Position numbers and translations under genes: made by a program. Below are positions 45,365 to 54,415 of a stretch of 64,000 bases of DNA, piece by piece (position 1 is the first letter of the stretch; each line of letters starts with the position of its first letter). A model generated the notes under the pieces. It did no database searches. It was not told the DNA's origin and saw only the letters and a program-made list of their open reading frames with translations. The stretch is from an uncultured delta proteobacterium (lineage in GTDB: Bacteria > Bdellovibrionota > FAC87 > UBA2466), in NCBI GenBank assembly GCA_963778115.1, contig CAVZSV010000005.1:256001-320000 (forward strand), in the 5' to 3' direction.

Positions 45365-46813
45365 ATGGTCCTTAGACTGGCCCTTTTTATCGTCGGTTGC
45401 GGTATGTTTCTTTCTAGCACTATGCTTGCAGCGACGGCCGCGACCTCAGCTAACCTGACCGCGCCGCTATGCCAAGTTCTCGTCGCTAAGAAATCGAACT
45501 GGGTGGTCAAAGCCCTGCGCTGGGGCGGGCTGCAGGTAGGATACGATTTCGGGCTTCCACAATACATCAGTAAACGTCGAGTGCCCGAGGCGCTAGTGGC
45601 CGATATCACGAGCCACTCCCTCCCCACGAGGGACAACGACGTACGCAAAGTCGAACTAATCTCTCAAGGGCAAACGGTTTCTTTCACTGTTGATCTTCTC
45701 GATGCGGAAGGGGCGATTGTGGCGGCCGTGCACTCGCTTATCGCAGCAGCTCCGGTATCATTGCCTGAAGCACGTGCTGCGAACTTAAGGTACGGCCAAT
45801 CTGTGGCGAGTGAACGGCGTCATTATACGGAAAATGTGCTTCATACCTTCAGAGTTCTGCGTTCCGATCCGTTGGGTTCCTTCGGAGTGTTGTTTCAATC
45901 AGGCACGTTATTGAGCTTGTGGAAATTTGACGATAAGACCGGCGGGCCCAACATCAAGGCTAAGTTGATGGGCAAGCTTGTGAATGAGGGGAAACAGGTC
46001 GAATTTCTTGTTTCGCTCGAACCCCATTCGCCGATCGAGAGGGGGCAATTGCTCCGTCATCTAGAGGAAAAGTTAAGCAAGTCTTATCGTGGTGCCCCCC
46101 ATTCGGTAACCGTGGTGGGCCATCCACAGCGGCCCAGAGAATCGTTTGGCGAACGATTAGGAATTTGGCTAAAGCAGATGGGGCAGCCGCAACTCCAAAC
46201 TGCCTCTTTCTTAGAAAGGCTGGAAGCCCAGTTACGTCTTCTCTCGCACAAGCAAGTAGTGGCGCAATGGTGGCAGAAGCATGTTGCTGATAATTTGAAG
46301 ACGGATCATGCTTATCTTTCCTACCTGAATGCTTCTATAGGAGGAGCGCAATCAAGGCGCTGGCCAGAAGCGGGTGCACTTGATCCGAATATCGAGACCC
46401 GAAGTTTTATCCCCTTCGACTCGCTAACGGATTTGGCCACCTATCTTGCCAGTACTCCGGGAAGTGCGTCGATCAAAGCAGAAGCGGTGGCGGCATTCGA
46501 AAGTGCTTACGAAACGCTTCAAGACTCCCTGGCTGCTGAAGTGATTCCCATCGAACTAGTTGCTCCTTTTCTTCTTCGGTTAAACGATAAGGTAGGGATT
46601 CTTATCCAGGGGAAGTGGTGGACTACCGCGGGGCTAGCCGGGCAGATCGAACGGGAAGGAGAGATTGTGGTGCGTCGGAGCAAGGGAAAACCTGAGGAGT
46701 TGGGACTTCCTGATTACGTAGTCGCGCGTGTGTTTGCGTTGGAAGGGGGGGTGACGCAGTCGCAGATTCGCGGCGTTGCCCGGTCATTGAGGGAAAGCTT
46801 AGAGATTGAGTAG
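45365..46813 (+). CDS. Secreted hypothetical protein
   Basis: GGAGG RBS; signal peptide; 482 aa with no motif I recognise. Confidence 0.7.
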   Translation: MVLRLALFIVGCGMFLSSTMLAATAATSANLTAPLCQVLVAKKSNWVVKALRWGGLQVGYDFGLPQYISKRRVPEALVADITSHSLPTRDNDVRKVELISQGQTVSFTVDLLDAEGAIVAAVHSLIAAAPVSLPEARAANLRYGQSVASERRHYTENVLHTFRVLRSDPLGSFGVLFQSGTLLSLWKFDDKTGGPNIKAKLMGKLVNEGKQVEFLVSLEPHSPIERGQLLRHLEEKLSKSYRGAPHSVTVVGHPQRPRESFGERLGIWLKQMGQPQLQTASFLERLEAQLRLLSHKQVVAQWWQKHVADNLKTDHAYLSYLNASIGGAQSRRWPEAGALDPNIETRSFIPFDSLTDLATYLASTPGSASIKAEAVAAFESAYETLQDSLAAEVIPIELVAPFLLRLNDKVGILIQGKWWTTAGLAGQIEREGEIVVRRSKGKPEELGLPDYVVARVFALEGGVTQSQIRGVARSLRESLEIE

Positions 46814-46857
46814 TCGTGGAGTGGGGTAGGGGCTAGTCTTAAGATTGATTATTGAGC

Positions 46858-46880
46858 ACCTTTTGCCTTCGGCGAAAGGT
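46858..46880. terminator. Hairpin between the convergent ORF and tRNA
   Basis: ACCTTTTGCC-TTC-GGCGAAAGGT immediately 3' of the tRNA; U-tract weak. Confidence 0.45.
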
Positions 46881-46881
46881 A

Positions 46882-46953
46882 TTGGGGCGGGAGGATTCGA
46901 ACCTCCGAATCCTGGATTCAAAGTCCAGTGTCTTACCGCTTGACGACGCCCCA
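46882..46953 (-). tRNA. tRNA-Gln(UUG), CCA not encoded
   Basis: Reverse complement gives acceptor TGGGGCG...CGCCCCA, anticodon arm CTGGA-CTTTGAA-TCCAG and T-arm GGAGGTTCGAATCCTCC. Confidence 0.96.
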
Positions 46954-47094
46954 GTGAAAATAGCGATTATTATCCATGTTTACAGGCATTTGTCGCCTAC
47001 AAAATTGAATTGATTCATGCCCCCCTAATTTGCTATGTTCGGCACGCCTAAACGGGCATCGGCCCCGACGAACTTACAAGGACTTTCAGACTTC

Positions 47095-47532
47095 ATGAAG
47101 CTGGATCGCGATAGTACCCTCGGAAAATTGACGCAAAGTTGGGTTCCCACGTTGGTCCTCTGTTACGCTTTTTCTGCGACTACTTTAAAGGCTTATCGTT
47201 ATCATGAGACCTTTGGAGCGGGGAATTACTACTTGGATGTCTATTATGACGTTAATCCCCGAGGCTATTTCCAGAAGGGACGTTTGGAGCAGAAGATCCG
47301 GTTCAACGGTTTTTTCATTAAGGGAAAAAACGAAGCTTCTATTTCGGGGTACTTCACCCGAACGGCAGGTCACCAGATCTATCAATTTGATTCCTCTGAA
47401 GGACGCTTCGATGGAAAACTAGAAGCCAGATCTAGCGGTAGCGGCTGTGAGCCCACTTTAAATTTCCAATGGCAGCCACAAGGAGAAGCCCTCGAAACGG
47501 GATCTCTACCCGCCGGCTTCTGCATCAACTAG
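47095..47532 (+). CDS. Hypothetical exported protein
   Basis: ATG 47095 follows AAGGA; hydrophobic segment ending TLKA; beta-rich with two C-terminal Cys. Confidence 0.55.
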   Translation: MKLDRDSTLGKLTQSWVPTLVLCYAFSATTLKAYRYHETFGAGNYYLDVYYDVNPRGYFQKGRLEQKIRFNGFFIKGKNEASISGYFTRTAGHQIYQFDSSEGRFDGKLEARSSGSGCEPTLNFQWQPQGEALETGSLPAGFCIN

Positions 47533-47565
47533 ACTACAAGAAGGTAGGCCGTACCTTCTTGTGGT
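47533..47565 (+). repeat. REP-like hairpin, copy B (between convergent genes)
   Basis: ACTACAAGAAGGTA-GGCCG-TACCTTCTTGTGGT fills the whole intergenic gap. Confidence 0.78.
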
Positions 47566-49151
47566 TACTTCGGATCTTCCAAGAGGATCGAAGCCTCCTG
47601 AGCCCTCGGATATTCCAAAGCGTCGATGGAGAAATTTTTCACGTAGGGTTTTACTACCATCTCCACCGTCTCTTGAAATAACGGGATGATTGCCGTGTCT
47701 TCTTCAAGAAGTAACTTTTGAGCTTCTTTGTAGATAGCCTGTCTTTCGCGAGTCGTCTGGCTTTTAGCTCCCGCCAAGATGAGGCCGTCATAGGTCTTGT
47801 TCTTCCAATGAGTGTTATTGTTTCCGCTGGTCGAGGTAAAGAGATCTAAGAAATTATGAGGGTCTGGATAGTCGGCTCCCCATCCCATTCGAAAGAGCTG
47901 GGGCGTATTGTGATCTAACGTATCTAAGAAGACTTTCCACTCTTGGGGGACGATCTCTATGTTGTTAATGCCCAGGACCGATTTCCAAGCATACTGGAGT
48001 TTTTCAGCGACCAGCTTATTCATCTCCAAAGTGTCGTACATTAGCGTTACGGGAGGAAAGCCCTTGCCCTCGGGGTAGCCTGCCTGAGCCAAGTATGCTT
48101 TTGCTTTCTTTGCGTCGAAATCCAGTCCTACGTCGGGTTCATAGCCAAACATGCCTTTGGGAACCCAGGACTTGGTGGCGAGCTTTCCTCCGCGAAGAGC
48201 GTTGACGACGTCCGCGCGGTTGATGGCATGTGCAAACGCTTTTCGAACGAGCACATTATCGAAAGGTTTTTTCTCCACGTTGAAGCCGTAATAGTAGCCG
48301 CGCAAGATGGGTTGACTGATATAGTCTGGAGAAGCTTTTACGCGATCGAGATCTAAAGAGGGAATTCGAAGGGCAACATCTAATTGTCCCTGATCGTACA
48401 TCGCAAGAGCCGTCGAATCTTCTTTCACGATGTAGAAGACGACCTTGGCGATACTAGGTTTGGGACCGTAGTAATAGGGATTGGGTTCCAGAGTTAGTTG
48501 AGATTCGTGCTTCCATTCGGTTAAGCGATAAGGGCCCGTACTTCTTAGTTGAGGCGGCTCCGTGAATTGCGTCGGACTGGCTAAAATAACATCCTCGCGC
48601 TGGGGGAGTGTCACGGTGAAGGCTGGGATATGGAGAAAGTAACTCGCCGGATACTTAAGTTTCACTTCAACGGTCTTGTCATCGAGAGCATGGATTGCGA
48701 CCTTATCAAATTCTTTGATGGTTCCTTGATTAAACTCCTTGGCTCCCACGACATCATAAAGAAAATACGCGTATTCCGCGGCCTGCTTGGGGTCTAAGAG
48801 CCGCTTCCACCCGTAGACAAAGTCTTTGGCTTTGACCGCAACCCCGTCGCTCCATTTGGCATCTCGTAAGTGAAAGGTATAGGTCATGCCGTCCGGGGAG
48901 ATGTCCCATTTTTCGGCAAGGGCGGGAACGATATTGAGTTTGGAGTCCTGTTTGGTCAAACCTTCTTGGAGCAAGTAGATAGCCGAAATAGAAACGTGAT
49001 CTTTTGCCAGAGTCCAATCGAGAGTTGGCGGATCCCCTTCGAGCGGCAATCGCAGAACGTTAGTTCGGGTATTGGACTTTCGTACGCAGGCGGTACTCGC
49101 CATGACGAATATCAGCGCCGAAAGGATAATGTTCTTGGTATTGCATTTCAT
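47565..49151 (-). CDS. oppA: Oligopeptide ABC transporter substrate-binding lipoprotein
   Basis: Lipobox STAC; EGL, LAEKWDISPDGMTYTFHLR, WSDG, TGPY and GWGADYPDP. Confidence 0.93.
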   Translation of the reverse strand: MKCNTKNIILSALIFVMASTACVRKSNTRTNVLRLPLEGDPPTLDWTLAKDHVSISAIYLLQEGLTKQDSKLNIVPALAEKWDISPDGMTYTFHLRDAKWSDGVAVKAKDFVYGWKRLLDPKQAAEYAYFLYDVVGAKEFNQGTIKEFDKVAIHALDDKTVEVKLKYPASYFLHIPAFTVTLPQREDVILASPTQFTEPPQLRSTGPYRLTEWKHESQLTLEPNPYYYGPKPSIAKVVFYIVKEDSTALAMYDQGQLDVALRIPSLDLDRVKASPDYISQPILRGYYYGFNVEKKPFDNVLVRKAFAHAINRADVVNALRGGKLATKSWVPKGMFGYEPDVGLDFDAKKAKAYLAQAGYPEGKGFPPVTLMYDTLEMNKLVAEKLQYAWKSVLGINNIEIVPQEWKVFLDTLDHNTPQLFRMGWGADYPDPHNFLDLFTSTSGNNNTHWKNKTYDGLILAGAKSQTTRERQAIYKEAQKLLLEEDTAIIPLFQETVEMVVKPYVKNFSIDALEYPRAQEASILLEDPK

Positions 49152-50017
49152 GCGGCTGCTCCTTTTGGATTAAGGGCATCACTTAATCCATCTCCTAAAA
49201 AGTTAAATGCCAACATAGTAACGAAGATGGCGGCTCCCGGAAAGAGGATCAAATGAGGATGGGACATTAGCCCTCGCCACCCCTCATTCGAAAGCGTCCC
49301 CCAACTTGACAGGGGAGGCTGAACGCCCAACCCCACGAAGCTCAAAAAGGCTTCGTACATAATGTTGGAAGGGATTAAAAACGTCAGGGCGACGAGTAAG
49401 GGGGCTATCAAGTTCGGAAATAGATGCTTAAACCATAAGCTCCCTGAGGAAGCCCCCAAAGCGCGGGCCGCGGTAATGTATTCGGCGTTTAGCAGTTGCA
49501 TCACTTGGCCACGAACTAGGCGGGCGACAGTACATAGACTTTCCAAACTAAGGGCGACCAAAATGCCCACGAGTCCACGACCCACCAAGACATTAAGAAA
49601 GATCATCAGAAGAAGGGTCGGAATCGTATAGAGAAGATCTAAAATTCTCATTAGGAACTTATCCACCCAGCCCCCACAGATTCCAGAAACGGCTCCGTAA
49701 ATACTTCCAAGCAGCAGTCCTGAAAGGGCGGTCACCAGGGCGACGGACATGGAAACCCGGCTTCCCGCTAGAACGCGGCTGAAAAGATCTCTCCCTAAGG
49801 AGTCGGTGCCGAAGACAAATTCACTAGAGGGGCTTCGGACGAGATGCGCGGGGTCCTGGCCGTTGGGATCGTAAGGGGAGATCAAAGGAGCCAGAATCGC
49901 GGCTAAAGAGATGAGTGAAATCAGAACCAGACTCATCATGGATCTCTTGTCACGCAGAAGTTGGCGCCAGGCCCGCATCCAAGGGTTTTGAGAATGAGTT
50001 CTAATGACTGGTTTCAT
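49148..50017 (-). CDS. oppC: Oligopeptide ABC permease
   Basis: FGTDSLGRD, AEYITAARALGA, LSFVGLG and SWG. Confidence 0.93.
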   Translation of the reverse strand: MKPVIRTHSQNPWMRAWRQLLRDKRSMMSLVLISLISLAAILAPLISPYDPNGQDPAHLVRSPSSEFVFGTDSLGRDLFSRVLAGSRVSMSVALVTALSGLLLGSIYGAVSGICGGWVDKFLMRILDLLYTIPTLLLMIFLNVLVGRGLVGILVALSLESLCTVARLVRGQVMQLLNAEYITAARALGASSGSLWFKHLFPNLIAPLLVALTFLIPSNIMYEAFLSFVGLGVQPPLSSWGTLSNEGWRGLMSHPHLILFPGAAIFVTMLAFNFLGDGLSDALNPKGAAA

Positions 50018-50027
50018 AATCTTTGCT

Positions 50028-50966
50028 TTACGAAGATTTCATTCTGGGATCCAAAATCGGATAGATGAGATCCACGAATAAATTGATGGCCACCAAGATC
50101 GCCGCGAAAATTAGCGTTGCTCCCATCATCAGGAAAGTGTCTCTATCATTGACCGCATCGATAAAGTGTTTAGCCATCCCTGAGATGGCAAAAAAATGTT
50201 CGGTGATAAAAGAGCCGGTGAGGATACTTGCCGCTATGGGGCCTAGGACCGTCACCAATGGTAGAAGGCTGTTTCGCAAAGCGTGAAAGAAAACGACTCG
50301 CCATTCACTTAGCCCTTTCGCACGTGCCGTTCTGACATAATCGTTTTGGTATTGTTCAATAAGAGATGAGCGGATGAGACGCGCCACGATGGAAGCGGGA
50401 CGTGCCGCCAAGGTAATTACCGGCAAGACATAAGCGGCCGGCGTATCCAGACGTGCCGGCGGCAGCCAATTGAGCATCCGACAGAAAACTAAAACCAAAA
50501 CCGCTCCAATGAGAAAAGTAGGGAGTGCGACTCCTCCCACGGCCATGAAAAGAGAGGCCGAATCCCACCACGAATTGGGTTTAAGGGCGGAGAGAAGTCC
50601 CATGGGAATGCCTATGACGATGGCGGCAAGAAGAGCCAATCCTCCTAAGGAAAGCGATAAGGGAAGTGTCTCAAGCAGGATGTCTCCCACCGGCCGATCG
50701 AGGTATTTCATGCTAACGCCGAAATCCCCGTGAAAGACGATTCCCCCGACGTAGTTTTCGAACTGTTTCCACAAGGGTCTATCTAGTCCGTATTTGGCTT
50801 CCTGGAGTTTTTTGATCTGCGGTGGTTGATACTTTTCGCCGTCAAAAGGGCCGCCGGGTATGGCATGGCCCATAAGGAAAGTCACCAGAGCTACAAAGAA
50901 TAGAGTGACAACAGCTTCAAAGCACTTCTTCCCGAAATGGGAGGCGTACGACAATAATGCTGGCAA
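50028..50966 (-). CDS. oppB: Oligopeptide ABC permease
   Basis: PGGPF, YGLDRPL, GDFGVS, DYVRTARAKGL, HALRNS and LDPR. Confidence 0.93.
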   Translation of the reverse strand: MPALLSYASHFGKKCFEAVVTLFFVALVTFLMGHAIPGGPFDGEKYQPPQIKKLQEAKYGLDRPLWKQFENYVGGIVFHGDFGVSMKYLDRPVGDILLETLPLSLSLGGLALLAAIVIGIPMGLLSALKPNSWWDSASLFMAVGGVALPTFLIGAVLVLVFCRMLNWLPPARLDTPAAYVLPVITLAARPASIVARLIRSSLIEQYQNDYVRTARAKGLSEWRVVFFHALRNSLLPLVTVLGPIAASILTGSFITEHFFAISGMAKHFIDAVNDRDTFLMMGATLIFAAILVAINLFVDLIYPILDPRMKSS

Positions 50967-51053
50967 GTTTTTGTCCCCAACCCAAGACCGACGGCAAACC
51001 CCCCGTAGGTCTCATCAAACATTTCTGATAGGCTTGCTAGGCAGTCCTATCAA

Positions 51054-52664
51054 TCACCCATCGATAGTTGTATCGCGGAAATCCCAGAGTTCAATAGGGT
51101 TTTGTTTAAGGCCATGAATATTGGCCTGTTTGAGTAACGGCCTAGAGGGGAGAAATAGGGGAATGGCAACCGCATCTTGCCGTACCAAGATGGCCTCGGC
51201 CGTTCGAAGCCCCTCTTGCCAGTGGGTCATATCCGTCTGAGTAGAAGCCGTAAGAAGTGCTTGATCGTACGCCCGATCTCTCCCGTGCAACGTGCTATCG
51301 GACAACACCGATAGCCCCTGGCTGGGCGATAAAGGATCATCTTTCACCAGGACCAATTGGATCGGTAAATTCTCTAAAGGAACTTTGCCCGTCGGCACCA
51401 CATCGACGATGATGCCCAAATTCTTTGCCCACTGGGCCTGAAGATTGCTAGCCACTGCCGGCGAGATGACCTGGGGATCGTAGCCCAACGACGTTCTTGA
51501 AATTCCTTTCAACGAGGTTTCCGATGGTGGCCTGCTTCCCCCTGGCTCATAGACAAAGGGCTCAAGCAATTGCCTTGCCTCTTCGGGGGAGTACGAATTT
51601 TCACTTGCCGTCGCTGGAGAGGTCAGGGGCAACAACCCCATCGCGATCTCGGCCAGCGGATCGATAAATCGGGGCAGCTCGTCCTTCTGAAGCGATCGGA
51701 TAAAAGCTTGGCGGGCAGCAATGTTCTGAAAGGGACGTCGCGACGCATTAAAGAGCAGGGTGACCACGGAAAGTTTGCGTTCGGAGGACAGAAGCGGGTG
51801 GTTGCGTAGTTCGGTCCGATACGTGTCGGGCAGCTCATCTACCAGATCGGCCTCCCCAGCCAAAAAGAGGTCGACCCGAGTTGACGCTCTGGGCTCGACT
51901 CGGACACGCAGTCCGTGCAAAGCGATCTGACCTCCGTGATAAAGCGAGTTAGGCAAATAATAGTACTCGTTTTCGGTTTGATGATCCAAACGCAACGGCC
52001 CCAAGGTCACCGGATTCTCTTTTTGAAAATCGGGAAAGCGTGTTGGCCACGTGGCCGGATGGGCGAAGGCCGCCGGAAAGTTTGGCATGGGGGCCTCTAG
52101 CGTTAAGCGAAGTGTCAAAGCGTCCTTCTCTTCAATTCCTACCTCTTCGAAAGCGACTTTCCCTTCGGCAAAGGACTTAGCGTTGCGGATGGGGAATAGC
52201 AGAGAAGCGTATGGATTCTTTGCGGCGTTGAGCAAAAGACGCTTCCATGCCTGTAAGAAATGAATCGATCGCAACGGAGTTCCATCCGACCAAAGGACGT
52301 TGGGACGCAACCGGAATTCAAAACAGGTTGGTGACTCGGCCGACCAACGCGAGGCCAAAGCTTCGTGAACTTGAATTCCCGAATCATCACTGGAGAGACG
52401 GACAAGCCCTTCCATCACCAAAGAGGCATGTTGCAAGCTGGCGCGATCGGAAGCCAGTGTCCAATCAAACGTTTCAGGTTTGTTTTCGACAAGCCAACGG
52501 ATACTACTCGTTTTTTTCGTCGATAGATCGTGCAAGTGACCGAGTTGGCAACTTGACAGGCAGAAAAAGAGGAATGCCAGAGAGAAAAAAGAAAAAAAAT
52601 ACTTGCGAAACCCCGAAAACTGCCAACCCATTGCGGTACCATACCACAATTTTTGTTTGACCAT
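51054..52664 (-). CDS. Second family-5 (OppA-like) substrate-binding lipoprotein
   Basis: Lipobox LSSC; MEGL, WSDGTPL, LGP and AIPLF; more divergent than the first. Start uncertain. Confidence 0.85.
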   Translation of the reverse strand: MVKQKLWYGTAMGWQFSGFRKYFFSFFSLAFLFFCLSSCQLGHLHDLSTKKTSSIRWLVENKPETFDWTLASDRASLQHASLVMEGLVRLSSDDSGIQVHEALASRWSAESPTCFEFRLRPNVLWSDGTPLRSIHFLQAWKRLLLNAAKNPYASLLFPIRNAKSFAEGKVAFEEVGIEEKDALTLRLTLEAPMPNFPAAFAHPATWPTRFPDFQKENPVTLGPLRLDHQTENEYYYLPNSLYHGGQIALHGLRVRVEPRASTRVDLFLAGEADLVDELPDTYRTELRNHPLLSSERKLSVVTLLFNASRRPFQNIAARQAFIRSLQKDELPRFIDPLAEIAMGLLPLTSPATASENSYSPEEARQLLEPFVYEPGGSRPPSETSLKGISRTSLGYDPQVISPAVASNLQAQWAKNLGIIVDVVPTGKVPLENLPIQLVLVKDDPLSPSQGLSVLSDSTLHGRDRAYDQALLTASTQTDMTHWQEGLRTAEAILVRQDAVAIPLFLPSRPLLKQANIHGLKQNPIELWDFRDTTIDG

Positions 52665-52851
52665 GTTTTTTCCGTTTGTTAAAAGCGGTGTTTATTGCTG
52701 TAGGTGCTCCGATCGTATAGCTTTTTTTGTTTTTTGTTACGGACCCGGCCACTGACTCTGGTTCTGAACGTAACGAGGTTTCAAATTCAGCCAAAAGACT
52801 TATACGATCGGAACAACTAACGCATCCAATTAAACCGGGGAGGAAACCAAC

Positions 52852-53124
52852 ATGAATAAAGCTCAACTCGTTGAGCAGCTGGCATCAGAAATGGAAATCA
52901 CCAAAGCGGATTGCGAACGCATTCTCGATAGCACCTTGGAAACGATCAAAAAATCGGTAAAAAAGGGTGAAGATGTGACTCTCGTCGGTTTTGGCACTTT
53001 CACTCGTTCGAAGCGCAAAGCACGAATGGGTCGTAATCCACAAACAGGCGAGGCCATCAAGGTTCCAGCTTGCACCGTACCGAAATTCCGGCCCGGCAAA
53101 GCGTTCAAAGAATACTTGAATTAG
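52852..53124 (+). CDS. hup: DNA-binding protein HU
   Basis: MNKAQLV, VTLVGFGTF, GRNPQTGE and PKFRPGK; GGAGG RBS. Confidence 0.97.
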   Translation: MNKAQLVEQLASEMEITKADCERILDSTLETIKKSVKKGEDVTLVGFGTFTRSKRKARMGRNPQTGEAIKVPACTVPKFRPGKAFKEYLN

Positions 53125-53151
53125 TTTTGTGATTCGGTTCAAGCCGATTCG

Positions 53152-53192
53152 AAAACGGCATCTTCGTTTAATCGAAGATGCCGTTTTTTTTT
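53152..53192. terminator. Rho-independent terminator (likely bidirectional)
   Basis: AAAACGGCATCTTCG-TTTAAT-CGAAGATGCCGTTTTTTTTT between the convergent hup and SGNH genes. Confidence 0.9.
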
Positions 53193-53194
53193 CT

Positions 53195-54094
53195 CTAATC
53201 TAAGAACATCCCTTGGTATACCGCGCGCGCCAGAGCTTTTTGTCCTTGTGCGGAGAGGTGGAAACAGTCGACGGCGAACTCGGAAACGTCGTAATCGGCT
53301 TTCTGAATTCCCTTTAGGTAGTGGTAACGGTTTCCCTTGGAGGACACCTTGGATGCCGCGATGGCTTCCAGTTCGTCATCCATCGCTTCAAGCTTTGGCT
53401 CCAACTCCGCTTTTAATGTTCCGGCGGCGAACTTGCGGTAATAGCTTGGGCACCAAGGAAAGAGTTTTCGCCATGAGTCTTCGCAGGTAAAGGTCCTCTC
53501 GCTGGATCTCTGCCAAACCACCCCCTGCAGCGTTTCGTAAACTCGAAAGATCTCTCCGATAGGCAGCAGAAAAAGTTGAGAGTTCTTATGGGTGGCCTCC
53601 CATTTTGAAAGGGCGCGATCCAGATAGCCACGGTATTGGGCGGCTAGCTGACTGGAGGAGGCTGGATTGCCGCACATATCGTTGTGCCCCACGAAAATAA
53701 ACGACAACGCATTTTGAGCGCTTCCCAGTGATTGCACCTCATATTCGAGGTAGTCGGTTCTCGCTCCGGTGACCGCGGCATTGCGAACCGGAATGGGTTC
53801 GCCGGGGTAAAGCATTTGGGCCAGTTGTACGGGCCACGAAAGGGCAGCCGGCTCGTGCCTTTCCAAATAGCTTCGATCGTTGCGGAGTTTGAAATTAATA
53901 AGGTCGGTGTAAATCGAACCTATCTCATCGATGGCTGGAGGTTCGGTGAGACTAGTATTGGACAAAAAGGCTTTCGTGAGCGAGTCCCCGTAAGCTTCGA
54001 TCACTTGAGGTGATTCCATTGGGATGGCGGCCGGAGCGGCTGTTGTAATAACGCCAGCTATACCACAGAAAAACAAGACTCCTAGCCGTCCCAT
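53195..54094 (-). CDS. Secreted SGNH/GDSL hydrolase
   Basis: ATG 54094 follows GGGGAG; signal peptide; GDSLT, TGA, GHND and DCFH blocks. Confidence 0.9.
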   Translation of the reverse strand: MGRLGVLFFCGIAGVITTAAPAAIPMESPQVIEAYGDSLTKAFLSNTSLTEPPAIDEIGSIYTDLINFKLRNDRSYLERHEPAALSWPVQLAQMLYPGEPIPVRNAAVTGARTDYLEYEVQSLGSAQNALSFIFVGHNDMCGNPASSSQLAAQYRGYLDRALSKWEATHKNSQLFLLPIGEIFRVYETLQGVVWQRSSERTFTCEDSWRKLFPWCPSYYRKFAAGTLKAELEPKLEAMDDELEAIAASKVSSKGNRYHYLKGIQKADYDVSEFAVDCFHLSAQGQKALARAVYQGMFLD

Positions 54095-54324
54095 TAACTC
54101 CCCCCATGTAAAGACACCCCACCCCATTTTCGTAACGCGAATTGGCGGGAAGGGGAAGGGACGGCGCATTACCCAAGGTGCCTAAGGATGAATCTCAAGC
54201 CTATTCTTAAAATCCATAGCCACTGCGAATAAACACCAGCAGTAGAAACGGAACTCTTTTCCCCTTCAGGGAAAACTTTTCCCCAAGAAACACGCGCGGC
54301 AATCAAATTCCTGCGTGTTTTCCA

Positions 54325-54340
54325 TGGCACCAAGTTTGCA
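54325..54340 (+). promoter_or_regulatory. Putative sigma54 promoter of the flg operon
   Basis: TGGCAC-CAAGT-TTGCA, a perfect -24/-12 match, 75 bp upstream of flgF. Confidence 0.8.
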
Positions 54341-54415
54341 AACTTTAAAGGAAGAAGATAGGGAGAGGCTCTCTATCTACTCTTCGGAAAACTCCCCTTC
54401 AAACTAAAGCATAAA

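Noticed and set aside
45787..45797. AAGGTACGGCC as a fifth copy of the hairpin element
   Set aside because: Inside a CDS and lacks the complementary arm.
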